From Guillardia theta CCMP2712 (taxonomy: Eukaryota > Protista > Cryptophyta), in contig NW_005434493.1 of assembly GCF_000315625.1 (NCBI RefSeq), forward strand, positions 28,964 through 92,963: 64,000 bases of DNA, written 5' to 3'. Position numbers and translations under genes: made by a program. Under the pieces are notes generated by a model that saw nothing but the letters and a program-made list of their open reading frames with translations, searched no databases and was not told the DNA's origin. How positions within the stretch are numbered: the first letter of the stretch is position 1; the number at the start of each line of letters is the position of its first letter. Below, piece by piece: positions 26,601 through 43,268 of this stretch.

Positions 26601-29600
26601 GAGAAGGCAGAGGCCGAGGGTGGGAGGGAGACGATCGATGCGGTTGTGGTGGAGGTGAAGAGTCTTTAGCGCTGTGAGCTCCTCGATGCAGACCGGAAGC
26701 GTCTCGAGGTGATTGTAGCTCTGCTCGCTGCTGTCAGGCAACGATTTCGAGCAGTAGGGGCGAGGAAGAAACAGAGACATCAAGAGCAGGAGGAACACTA
26801 TATGATGATGAAGAAGAAGAAGAAGAAGAAGAGCAGGAGGAACACTGAATGATAATGATAATGATGATGATGATGATGAGAGATGAGGAACTGGAGAAGG
26901 AGATGGAGGAGGGGGTGGGGGGGGGGGAGTTGGGGGGAGAGGAGGATCGGAAGGGGCAGAAGGAGGTCTTACAAGCCAGAGGCTTTGCAGGCTCCATGCG
27001 AACTCGAGGGTCTCAGGAGGGAGTCTGAGGAGGGAGAAGTCGTGAAGGTCAAGGCTGTTGCTGTGCCTGCAGTCAAAGAGCGCGCGGAGGTACCGCGAGA
27101 CGACTCGTCCCCCTCGCTCAATGACTTCAGGAGGAGGCGACCAGATCCTTTCGTTGTCCTCCGCCTGCAGCAGCTGCATCCTCCCGTACTCGCTCTCTCC
27201 CTCCTTCCGCATGCCGCCCACAAACTTCTGCCATTCTGACTTGCCCTTCATGTCCTCCGGTAACTTCGGCAACGGCGAACCAGGAGGACGAAGAACATAG
27301 TCCAGCAGGGGCCCACCTCTGAGCAGATGCTCGCGCATCTCAATCTCCTCGAGGGGAGGGAACGAGCACGAGAGAGCGCCGAGCTCGGGGGGCAGTCGCT
27401 GGAGGTTGTTCCCTTCCAGCCGCAGGAGGACGAGGAGCTTGAGGCGCCAGAAAGAAGGAGGTAGAGTGTCGAGCTTGTTGCGTCGCAGGCTGAGGACCCT
27501 CAAGGAAGTGAGGGAGCCGAAGCGAGGAGGAAGAGCTGTAAACTCATTGCGATCGAGGTAGAGATGCGTCAGGCTCTCCCAGCAGCCGTCGAAGAGAGGA
27601 AAGACTCTCAGCGCGTTGTCGTTGGCCTCCAACGTCGCCAGGTGAGGGAGGAGGGAGCTGTCGGCGATGCAGTCGGGGAGGGAGCGGAGGAGGCAGTTGT
27701 TGAGGGAGATGGAGCGAACGTGAGTCCATCCTCTGACCTGCGCGGGGAGATCAGCGAGAGGGTTCCCGTCGAAGCTGAGGTGAGTCAAGGAGGTCATGTC
27801 CTCGTTCTTGTGCATGGACGAGGACCAGACCAGGTCGCTGACCTCTCGAGGAAGGAAAGTCATCGATAGACATCGCAGGTCCAGGTGAAGCCCAGCTGGC
27901 ACCCCCAGCTTCGCGTTGCCCCTTGCAGTCAAGAAGTTGCGAAGGTAGACAACCGTGGCGTCGGGCAGGGCACCGGAGGAGATGATCTCCTCCATCCAGC
28001 TGCTCCCCCCCTCCTCCTTCACCTGCTGCAGCAGCGCCTCCGGTCGGACCTTGAGACCTTCCGGAGGGCCTCCCATGTTGTTGCCGGAGTAGAGAATGGA
28101 GGAAAGAGAGGCGATGAGGCAGAGCTCGTGCGGGAGAATTTCCAAGTGATTGTCTTGAACATCCAGCAGCTCCAGGCGGCGGAGGCTGCCGAGGTCAGGA
28201 TGGACGTAAGAGATCTTGTTCTTCTGCACGAGCAGCTCCTGCAGATGCACGAGGCGAACGAGCGAGGGAGGGAGGACTGAGAGGTTGTTGTCGCTGAGAT
28301 CGAGACATGTCAGGCTCGTGAAGCACAAGATGTCATAGGGGAAGTGGCGCAGGTCCATGCCGTTGAGGGCGAGGCGACGAGAATGAGGGATCTGATGGAA
28401 CATGTGGACGAACTGAAAGATGTAGCGAGTTCCCTTGAGACGAACAGGAAGTGGAGGAGATCGCCATCTGTTGTTGTGCCAGCGCAACCCTCCTCGCGCC
28501 AACTCCGCCTCCTTGCTGTCAAGAGGGTCTCCGAGCTGCCAGCCGTCGCAGAGGTTGGTCAGGAAGAGAAGTTTGTCACTGAGGTCCACCAGCAAGTTGT
28601 TCGAGACATCGAGCTCACGCAGGCTGACGAGGAGGGAGAGGTTGGGATCTAGAGTGCCGGAGAGACGGTTGTGAGAGAGGTCGAGGCGGGTGAGGGACGA
28701 GTGGAGCAAAACTTCCAAGGGAACGAAGAGCAGGTTGAAGGAAGAGAGGTTGAGGTCCGAGAAGCGGGAGGAGTCGAACCAGCGGCGGAGGTATGAGCGA
28801 ACGAGGCCCCATCCTCGTATCACCACCTCTTGCGTCGGGATGAAGATCATCTCCGGGTCGTAGGAGAGATCTTCGATGCTTGTCAGGCAGCAGAGGTCCC
28901 AAGGGAGGACGGTGATCCTGTTCCCGTGCAGGCGAAGACTTTTAAGCTCCTCGCCCCACATCAGCGGCTGATGCTGCTGGCCCACCTCGATCAGTTTCTG
29001 CTCGCCGCTGTAGTGCATGCTGATCAGCTTGTCCAAGTGAAACTCCTCAAGCTCCTGCGTTCCCTTGGTATATCTGTCAAGGTCGATGAACCCGCAGGGA
29101 GGGAAGGAGACGATGACGTTGAAAGAGAGGTCAAGGAACTGCAGCTTGCTTGCTCGCGCCAACGACATGGCGGGAACTTGCGAGAGGCGGTTGTGCCGGA
29201 GGTCAACATATCGAAGCCGCGAGCAGTACGAGAGCATCGGCAGCTCCACGATGTTGTTGAAGCTCAAAACCAGAGTGGTCAAATTGACGCAGCCGGACAT
29301 GCTGCTCGGGAGCTGAGAAATCTTGTTGTTGTTGGCGATGAGCTCCTGCAGGCTTGTCATCCTCCCGAAGGTCTCGGAGAGCGGCTCCTCCAGCTGGTTG
29401 TGCTCTAGATGCAAGCTCTCGAGCAGCTCCATAGAGCTCCAGTCGAAGCTGAGAGCTGAGAACAAGTTGAAGTCCAGGCGGAGGGTCTTGAGATTTTGGA
29501 GGTTCCCCATGAAGTTTGGAACGAAGACAAAGTCGTTCATGGAGATGTCGAGGGTGGTCAAGTTGGTGATGTAGAAGGCTTCGATGGGGAAGTAGACTAG

Positions 29601-31246
29601 AGACATGTCGGAGAGGATGAGAGAGTTTGTCTCGTACGCCGTGATCATGTACCTGAACTGCTCCATGAGGTTCTGGGTGTTGCGAATAACAACCTCGGAC
29701 GAGATGCGCTCTGAATCCTTGGAGACGAGGTTGTGCGAAAAGGAACGGATCTCCCGCAGACTCTTCATCCTGCACAGCTCGAGGGGAAACTCGCGGATTG
29801 GACAGCCAAGGAGCGATATTCGTTCCATCTTGCCGAGCCGCTCGAACTCCTGGGGAAGATTCTTGAGGGGGTTAGAGTCCAAGAAGATGTTCTTCAAGTT
29901 CTCAAGCACGGAGATGCGGGGAGGGACATGAGAGATGAGGTTGTCGTTGAGCCGGAGCTCCGTCAGGTTGGTCATGAGGTAGACGTCGTCGGGGATGTGT
30001 GAGAGTTTCATGCCCGACAAGTCCAGCATCCCCGAGTCTCGAGCAAGGTGCAGCGAGTCGACATACCTCCGAACGTTCTTGATGCCTGCAATCATGATGA
30101 CCTGAGCACTGTCAGCGATCACCAGCAGAGCTCGACTAGAGACAAACCTTGGGCACAAACTCCATGTCCATTCCCGACAGATCGCACACGTCCAGCCGAG
30201 TAAGAAACCTGAGGTCCATAGGGAGGGAAGAGAGACGATTGTAAGACAAGTCGAGCTTCACGAGTGAGTTCCCAAGGTTGCGGATCTTGGGAGGGATGCT
30301 GGTTATGACGTTCCTGGCCAGCGACAAGTCGGTAAGAAATGTGAGGAGCAGAACCTGAAGAAAGAGGTGTCAACACCTAACAGCTCACACTCGTTCCTTC
30401 CACTACCTCCTCTGGAATCCTTGACAGGCCCAAATCATCGAGGCTGAGGGACTTGGTTGATCGCGATGTTTGCAATCTCTCGAGGTAGTCGAACAATCGT
30501 GTCCGTGCGGCAGAGACAACTTCTTCCTCCTTGGTGTACATGGAATGTTTAGTAGCGCCAGAGCTCTTCAATGCCTCCCGCAACTTGTATAGGGAGATGA
30601 AGAACTTGCCGTCGTACTCCACCTGCCATGTAACTCTGGGGTACTGCAGAGGGTTGTCCAGAAACGATATTTCTTTCACATGTTTCAGAAGGTAGAATGT
30701 GTCAGGAAGTTTTTCGATCTGATTGTCATAAAGCGTCATTCTTTGCAGTTTTGTTAAGGACACCAAAGTGTCAGGAACTGCCCGGATCTGGTTCTTATGA
30801 AGCGATGCGAAGACTAGGTTGGTCAAGTTTCCGATGCTCGCAGGGATTTCAACAAGACAGTTGTTCTCAAGGTTGAGCTGGATCAGATGCTCCATCCTCG
30901 GGCATCCTATCAGGGGCGAGACTTTGAGAAGGTTGTTGTCGTTGAGAAACATCTGCTTGATGTGGCGAATCGTGTACACCTCCGACGGCAGCGGCTCCCG
31001 CAGTCCCATCTTCGACAGGTCGACCTTGGTGCTCTTGGTTGCCATGTAGACCCTCTTGCTGATCTCATAGTTGTCGTTGTAAGGCGACCCGCTTTCCGTA
31101 TGCTCTTGTATCCAAGCCTCGAGCGCATTTTCATTCGAATTTTGTTTCGACGCATCCTCGTGTGGCTGTAGCGTTGTGTTCATCATGTCAAAACTCAGTC
31201 CAGCATCGACATCCTCATCCTCGATGCTCTCGTCGGATGACAGCAT
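20634..31246 (-). CDS. Very large multi-exon leucine-rich-repeat protein spanning the gap at 24678-25438
   Basis: Dozens of LxxLxLxxNxL repeats in ORFs 30377-31246, 30136-30327 and 25647-30158 and in exons down to ~22750. Linkage of the non-LRR exons down to 20634 is inferred. Confidence 0.75.
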
Positions 31247-32075
31247 CCCTTAGCTCTCTAGTACTTGATCTTCAAAATATGGTGGGAATCTATTCGTAGT
31301 CTTGAGTCTCTCTTATCCAAAACTTCTCTTGACAGCAATTGCATTACCTCGGTCAGATATCTCTCTGTTCATATTTCCAACCTTCTCACCGTCTTCCCAT
31401 AGAAATCTGCGCGCTGCTAGTCGTATCGATTTCATCCAAACCCCCCAATGCGAAGTTCTTGTACACAGGCATATCGAGTCACTGTTACTCTTCAAGCATG
31501 TCGCAAGAACAGCGCGGTTTCTCATCGCATTTCATCTCTTTCTGGTTCCACACAGCCATGGGTATTCTTCGTCTACCCGCCATCGCTGCGTTCATTCTCC
31601 TTGCGCACTGCCTTGGCCATCGTCCCGACCAGACTGATCAAAGTTTTACTCAAACCTTAAGTTAGTACTTAACACCTCATCCCCCTCATACAACTTTGCT
31701 TCATGAGCGGGGAGGAGGGCTTTGGAGCATGTAGAGTTCTCTATTCGAGGCTCTCCAGGCCGAAACCTCAGAAGAGGAAGAGGAGGAAGAGGAGGAAGAG
31801 GGAGGGAGGGAGGAAAGATATGGATGAGAGGGAGGGAGGGAGAGGGAAGGAGCAGAGAGAGGTGAGAGAGGAGCGATAGGAGTCAGAGAAGAGTCAGAGA
31901 ACAGAGAACAGAGAACAGAAGAAGCAGAGGAAGGGAGGGAGGAGAGAATAGAAGGGAGGGTGCACGAGGAGTGCCGCTAGGGTAAGGTGACGTAGATTGT
32001 TCAGGGAGGCAGAAAGTAGAAGGACGGGAGGATAGTCGGTCTCTTACCTCGTCCTTTGGCCTGCAGATTTACCCG

Positions 32076-33254
32076 ATGGTCGCTAGTAAGGCTAACCATT
32101 CCTCCGACCGACATGTCATATCAAACTCAGAGCGAAAGGACAGGAGCATCCGACTCTGGGGAGGTGGCGCGAGCTCGGAGGGAGAGATTGTTTCTCACAT
32201 GTTCTTGCAGAACGAGGGCAGCTCGCGCTAGAGAAGGGGCATGTTTGCGTGCTGAATGCCACAGTTGTTGCCACTGAAGTGTTGAAAAACCTTGTCCTGC
32301 CCGGAGTCGGAGCATTCACCATCGTTGATAACCATCGTGTTAGCGGTGAGAGATGTGAATGCCAGAGATTGTGATGGCGATGGTGATGGTGATGGTGATG
32401 GCGATGGTGATGGTGATGGTGATGGTGATGGTGATGGCGATGGTGATGGCGATGGTGATGGCGATGGTGATGGTGATGGTGAAACATTCAGAGCGGGATC
32501 TCGGAAACAACTTTTTCGTGACCCAAGAAAGCATCGGCGAGCCTCGCTGCCATGAGGTCATGAAGAACTTGCTGGAGCTGAATGAAGAGGTCAAGGGGCA
32601 CGCTGTCAACGAGGTGAGTTGACCTTGTTTCCTCCTCCTCCTCCTCGGACCTCTCCTCCTCCTCGGACCTCTCCTCCTCCTCCTCCTCCTCCTCCTCCTC
32701 CTCCTCCTCCTCCTCCTCCTCCTCCTCCTCCTCCTCCTCCTCCTCCTCCTCCTCCTTCTCCTCCTCCTCCTTCTCCTCCTCTTTTTGACCTTGTTTCCTC
32801 CTGCTCTTGCTTGCACTGCTCCTTTCTCTCCCCCCTCAGTGATGCTATTGGTTCAGGATGCGTGCGAGATCATCATGAGTAACTTGGACTTCTTCAACGA
32901 CTTCTCCTGCGTCATCGTGTCGGACCTCCCGGAGAAACATCTCCTCCTCCTCGCAAACAGGCAGAGCGACGAGCTCGTTCCTCTCCTCCCCTGACCTCGC
33001 GCAGGCTGTGGGAGCGAGGGATCCCTCTCTTCCTCGGCAAAGCCTACGGAATGATCGGCTTGTGGCGCAACGTGATCCCCGAGGTTGGGCCTTGGAGGGA
33101 GGAGCAAGCGCGAGGAGCAGGAGGAGGTGGAGGAAGAGGGAGGAGCAGGAGAAGGTAGAGGAAGTGGAGAGGAAGCGACTACGAAAGATTTAGAGAAGAA
33201 AATTGTCAATCCCGTGACAGGCGTAGGAGCGGGAGCAGGAGCAGGAGAAGGAGA

Positions 33255-33299
<45 letters not shown>

Positions 33300-34855
33300 C
33301 TAGTTCTGATAACCTGATAGGTGTGCATAGTGGAGTCGCGGCCAGAATATGCCAAGGAGAATTATCGCCTGGCAAATCCCTTCCCCGAGCTTTCCGCATT
33401 TGTGGTCGGCTACTCTCTTCCTGACCATTCCTTTCGTTATTCCTCCTTCCTTGACACTAAAACCTTGACGTTGCCTGCCCTGAATGCTCTTTTCTTCTCA
33501 CCCTCCTCCCTCCTCTCCTCCCTCTCCCCCTCCTACTCTTTCACCTCTCAATTCTACTTCTACTGAACGAATGTACAGGAGAAGTTCGATCTCGAGTCCT
33601 GCAGGCACCCTTACATTCCTCTCACTGAGACAAGTCAGTCTTTCCGTCTCTCCGTACCCGCCCCAGCTTCCTCTTCCTCCTCCCTCTCCCCTCCCCTCCC
33701 CTGACCTCCACTCCCATATCTCCTCCTCCCATCTTGTCTTCTCCTCTTTCCTGCCTTCTCCTCTTTCCCTCCTCACTGTCATCTCCTTCTCTCCTCTCTC
33801 CCTCCTCTCTTTTCGCTCCTCGCTTCCCTCCCTCCTCTTCTTCTCTTCTTTTTCACACCATCATGCACCATCAGGATCCGGACCGAATGAATTTGTGGAT
33901 CAGCGAGGACGTCCGATCGTCCCCAAAGCTCATTCGCACATCCCAGCGTTCGTCCTGCTCATCAAGGCATGGGAACAAACCCTCCTCTCATTCCATTTTG
34001 ATTTCTGCTCTTCGTTGAACCTTCCTCCTCCTCCTCCTCCTCCTCCTCCTCCTCCTCCTCCTCCTCCTCCTTTTCACTCCCCCCCCACCAACACCCCCTT
34101 CTGCTTCTGCTCCTTCTCCCCTTCTCCTCCTGCAGCTCCTACTCCCTTCGCTTTCTCCTCCCCTTCTCCTTCTCATTCTTTTGCCCTTCAGGCTCTGCAA
34201 AGATGGCGAGCAGAGCACGATGGAAAGATGCCGCAGACAGGGCAGGAGAAGGATCAGTTCCGCGAGCTACTCGACGACTTCCAACTTGCTGTTGGCAAAG
34301 TAACTTTGAGAACGATCGATGTCAAAGTTCTCACGCTCTGCTTTCTTCCTCCTCTTCCCTCCTCCTCTTCCTCCCTGTTTCGTCTCCTCCTTTCTCTTGC
34401 CCAGGATGAAGAAAACTTTGTTGAAGCAAAGGCGCTGGTAAGAGGGGAGAAGAGAGCTGGAGCCTGCAAACAGGAGGAGGAGGGGAACCAGGAGAGGATC
34501 CAGGAGGAGAAGCAGGAGGAGAAGCAGGAGGGGAAGCAGGGGAAGGAGGAGGAGGAGGAGGAGGCAGTGACAACTTGCAGGCGCGGCATGCGTACTCTCC
34601 GTTCGAGATCCCATCGGAGGTGAAAGCGATCTTGTCGGACGCCAAGGCAGGAGCAGACAGCAACTGCCAGGTGAGAGAGGAGGAGGAGGAGCGACGCAAG
34701 TGAACGTCTCGCAGGATCCGTTCTGGATCATCGTGCGGGCGCTGCGAGCGTTCGTGGAGGGCGAGGGAGGAGGATGCCTCCCCCTCAGTGGGATGCTCCC
34801 CGACATGCACGCCGACACCAAGAGCTACATCGACCTGCAGAATATCTACAGGTCT

Positions 34856-34925
<70 letters not shown>

Positions 34926-35025
34926 ACAGAAATGCGTTGTAGAGGGGGGGAAGGTGAAGGAGAAACCACGAGTGAGGGAGGAAGGTGGAGATTGACGAGG
35001 AGGAAATGAGGAATGCAAGAATGCT

Positions 35026-35094
<69 letters not shown>

Positions 35095-35574
35095 ACAAGT
35101 CTGACAGGGATGGCAGGGAACAAGCAGCGAGGGACTGCAGTCACGTCTCAGCTCGGGTCCAGCAGATCTTAACCTCTATGAACCAGCGAGCCGACGTCAT
35201 CTCCCAAGCTGAGATCTCCCTTATCTGTAAAAATGCTGCAAACATCCGCCTGGTGAGACTTGAATTCATTACTGTCCCTCTCCACACCTCTCACTGCTAC
35301 TTTACCCTCCTCCTTATCATCATCATCAGCATCAGCATCATCATCATCATCATCATCATCCTCATCATCATCATTAGCAGCAGCAGCACCGCCACCATTC
35401 TTTCTCGGATTCATTCTTCTACCTCCCTTCCTCACTGTTGCGCAGGTGCGAACGAGGTCGCTGCAGGAGGAGTACACGTCTCCCTGCTGTGACGACTGGG
35501 GCTGGATGCTCGACATGCCTGAAGAGTTTCCCCACTACCTCTACGTCCTCCTACGTGCTGCAGACCGATACAAG
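32076..35574 (+). CDS. NAE1: NEDD8-activating enzyme E1 regulatory subunit (APPBP1/ULA1), 3' incomplete
   Basis: [79 protein letters not shown]. Confidence 0.93.
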
Positions 35575-35724
35575 GTAACGCTTTCCTTCCTCCCTTTTCG
35601 TGTCTTTTCTCTCCTCCTGTCGTTGCCTCCTCTCCTCTCCTCTATCGCCCTCCCTCCCTTTCTCCCTCCCTCCCTCCCTCCTCCTCCTCCTCTCCTCCTC
35701 CTCCTCCTCCTCCTCCTCCTGCTT

Positions 35725-35791
<67 letters not shown>

Positions 35792-35801
35792 GGGTCCTCA
35801 C

Positions 35802-35914
35802 CTTCCGATGGGGATGCCAATCTCGCTGCACAAGGCGCTCAAGATTTCCTTGAACCTCGCGACCTCGGCCTCATCCAGCGGCTGCATCTCCCCGGGGAAA
35901 GACCCGAAGTTGGT
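35802..35914 (-). CDS. NAE1: Next NAE1 exon, in inverted orientation
   Basis: cag|TNFGSFPGEMQPLDEAEVARFKEILSALCSEIGIP..|gt on the minus strand; phase-compatible with the plus-strand DRYK exon. Confidence 0.75.
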
Positions 35915-36199
35915 CTGNNNNNNNNNNNNNNNNNNNNNNNNNNNNNNNNNNNNNNNNNNNNNNNNNNNNNNNNNNNNNNNNNNNNNNNNNNNNNNNNNNN
36001 NNNNNNNNNNNNNNNNNNNNNNNNNNNNNNNNNNNNNNNNNNNNNNNNNNNNNNNNNNNNNNNNNNNNNNNNNNNNNNNNNNNNNNNNNNNNNNNNNNNN
36101 NNNNNNNNNNNNNNNNNNNNNNNNNNNNNNNNNNNNNNNNNNNNNCCCTCTTCCAGGTCCCATTGGAGGTGGATTGGGGAGGCCATGAGAGCATGGCGA

Positions 36200-39973
<3,774 letters not shown>

Positions 39974-40018
39974 TTTCCGGGCCCGCCTCTGTGTCTTGTC
40001 CAAGTCCCTTCCGAACTC

Positions 40019-42871
40019 ATGGCGGGAAAGGCGGCGGGAGGGAAGGCTGGAGGAGGAAGAGGGCAGAACGTGGAGAAGATGAAGATATCCGAGCTCAAGG
40101 ACTACCTCAAGTCCTTCAAGATCCCTCAGGTCTGACACCATGGGCTCTAGCCACAGACGAGCATGCGAGAGGAAGGGAGGGAGAGGAGTAGGGTGGGCGC
40201 CGGGACGATGTCAAAGGCGATGGGGCTCGTAATGCAGGGAGTGACATGCGATGTCAGAACGGGGAGAAGGAGGACCTTGTGATCAGAGTCAAGCTCCACC
40301 TCGCGTGAGTTCCGGCGCCTGCTGCATGCTCGAGGAGGGTGATCTGCTTCCGACAGGTCGAGGGAGATGAAGGTGGACGGGAAGGATCCCTTCGAGATGA
40401 AGCCAGCAGAGCTGCGCAAGGCGTGTGCTCAGCGCGGTCTCAATCCCATGGGAGAGCGAGACGAGCTCCTCAAGCTCCTCGTCGAGAACGAAGGAGGCTC
40501 GTCGGGGGGGGCAGGAGAGGAGCAAGGTGAGAAGGCAGGAGGGTTGACGACTGTGTGATCGAGACTGCTGTAGACAGCGAGGGCGTATCGCTTGCGAAGC
40601 GAGTGCTGGAGCTAGGAGAAGATCATTGCGGCATCCTGTGGGGAGACGTGCTCTCGCTGTAGCTGCGCTGACCCTCGCCTAGCTCGCTTCTCGGAGAAGA
40701 CATAACCTCTCAGTCAAGCCCAGCGGCGATGAGGAAGCAATACCTGCTCATCTCCCAGAAGATCCACCCCGACAAGCTGCCATGTGATGCTCCTGCAGCC
40801 CCGGCATCGGCTCTGACGCCTCCCGCAGCGTTCGCTCAGGCTACCAAGGCTTTCCAGCTGCTTGTCTGCGCCTACGATGCCCTGACCCAACCCGACATGA
40901 CCAAGGCAGAGGAGGAGGAGGAGGAGGAGGAGGAGGAGGAGGCGTGTTAGATCTGACGTGAGCTCAGGCCGACACCTCCAAGTCAAAGGCGAAGACGATC
41001 AACCGGTCGAACGATGGCTGCTACCGCACCGACGTCCACTGTCCTCGGTGTCAACGTGCCGTCCTGCTCCAACTCTCCTAACTTCCTCCAGGTGCTCGGC
41101 ACCTTGGGGTGAGGCAATCGATGGGTTGGAACCTGCAGCATACAGCCACATGATGACCGGAATCAAGACGTAACCATCCTCCTCCTCCTCCTCCTCCTGC
41201 TCCTGCTCCTCCTGCTCCTCCTGCTCCTCCTGCTCCTCCTCCTCCGTCGCCCTTCCACACTCCCTTCTTCCTCCATTTCCTCGTTCTCCCTGACATCTCT
41301 GTTCTCCCTGACATCTCTGTTCTCCCTGACATCTCTCAAGGTACTGCTGTAGCACCTGCCTTCTCGACTTTGGTTGTATGACGGCCATTCACAAGTGCCC
41401 GTTCTGCCGGTCATCTCACACAAACCTCAGCCTGTCACTGCATCTGATGGGGATTGTACTTGCAGCAAGCAGTTCGAATACAACCCGGACCTCTACCATG
41501 ACAAGATAGTCTGCGGGAACAAAGGGTGCTCCAAGAAATTCGGATTCATGTTGTACAACGTGTCTGAGACTCGGATGAAGCAGCTGAGGGAGGTGCCGTC
41601 CGGATGCTCTGCACGACTTGGGTGATGACGGCGGTTGTGGGCAGGAGCTGAAAGCGGCTCAAGAGAAGAGGCTCAAGAAACAAGAAACTCTAGACCGTCG
41701 GCACGCAAGAGCCAAGGAGAAGGGTTCGTGTTGACATGTCAGCCCACAAGTCTTGCTGAGTCCCTTGGAAACAGGAATTTCTGTCTCGGTAGGAGAAGAC
41801 GAGGAGCTGAAAGAGCAGATCAAAAGCTTCGAGCATGGCCTCCTGAATGAATGCCCCAAGTGCGGCTGGAAGGTAAAGGGCGGGGGGGGCTGCTGATGTA
41901 GGAGGAAGGGCTGATCTCGATGGGCAGCTGAAGAAACGAGATGGGGAGGAGGAAGCGAAGGAGCATCTCAAGGAATGCAACGACGACAAGAAGATCATGG
42001 CGTACCAGGTCAGCGCAAGGCGCAGCGCTTTCTCCTCTCACCCAGCGCAGAGGCGGAAGCGAGTCCAGAAGGAGACAGAGCTTGCCAAGGCGAGCAGGAG
42101 GTCTGAGGTGCTGCCCCTGCCTTGCAGTTGGCTGAGTGCTCGGGCACAGGGGGCAGCAGGAAGAGGTTGTAAACCTGCGGACTTGGGAGTTCCTGGGGGC
42201 AGAGAACGAGAACCTGTGGATGCTTTCGTTGGAACAGCTCCGCAAGCAGTGTAAGAGCTACAAGATCGACGACGAGGGCGAGAAAGACCAACTCATTGCA
42301 AGGCTAGTCCGCCACCGCAACTCCTTGGACGCGTCCCGGCTGCTCACAGACGCGGGAGGGGAGGGGGATGCGAAGAAGCAGAAGAGTCGCATCCCTACCC
42401 ACCAGACGCTGCCGAGTAACCTCGAGTCTCTCTCTGTCTCGCAGCTCCGATCAGTCGCCGCGTCCCATGGGATCGAAGTGAAGGGAACCAGCAAGGCTGA
42501 CATCATCCGCGCCATCGAGAAGGAGAGGTTCCGAGACGAGCCCCAGCTCAGGCTGACTATGACAGCTGAGAATGAGGAGGACGAAGTCCTGCCCAGCAAG
42601 AGACGGAGGGCCGCAAAGAAGTGACAGCTCCTTCCCTTCCACTTGCCTCGTCTCACTCTCCTCTCAGATCGACACTCGATGACGACGACTCTGATGACGG
42701 AGGGAAGCGGAGTCGAAGCAAGGTGACCGAACCTCTGCCTGTTTTTGTTGCATAACTCACTTTTCTCTTTACTTCCCTCTCTCCCTCCGCCTCTTACAGA
42801 AATCTAAGAAGAAGAAGGCGCTAGACGACGATGACGATGACGATGACGAGTTTGTTCCAGATGACGAATAA
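40019..42871 (+). CDS. SAP-like repeats + J-domain + Cys-rich zinc-finger protein (multi-exon)
   Basis: MKISELKDYLK, ELRKACAQRGL, LEQLRKQCK and VSQLRSVAASHGI (SAP-like); MRKQYLLISQKIHPDK..AFQLL..AYDAL (J-domain HPD); CPRC, CSTC, CPFC, CPKC pairs. Confidence 0.75.
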
Positions 42872-43268
42872 GATTTTCTCTGAGTGGTAGAGTCGACTAA
42901 CTTGCAGTGCAAAGCTCACTCATGCTAACTTCGCAGCATTTCTGAACTAAATTGAATGAATTGATATTAACAGTAATCTTATGAATCGGCTGCGCGGCGC
43001 GGCCGGCCTTGCAAACTACGTTTGACTTCTTTGGTTAATAATTCAAAATCAGTACGAGTCCCACCCGGATCCACCGCCCGGCGGCTCCGGGCATGGGGGA
43101 CCGGGAGGTAGTGAGTTAGTTGAGTAAAAAGTGTCGTAGTAGTATCAAGATCACGCAGGTTTGACTAGGCTTTTTTATGCATGGAGAGGGGAGCGAAGGA
43201 GAGGAGAGGAAGAGACTGAGGCAGCACAGGAACGCTGAGAGCGTCAGATACGAGAACAAGGAAGAGGC

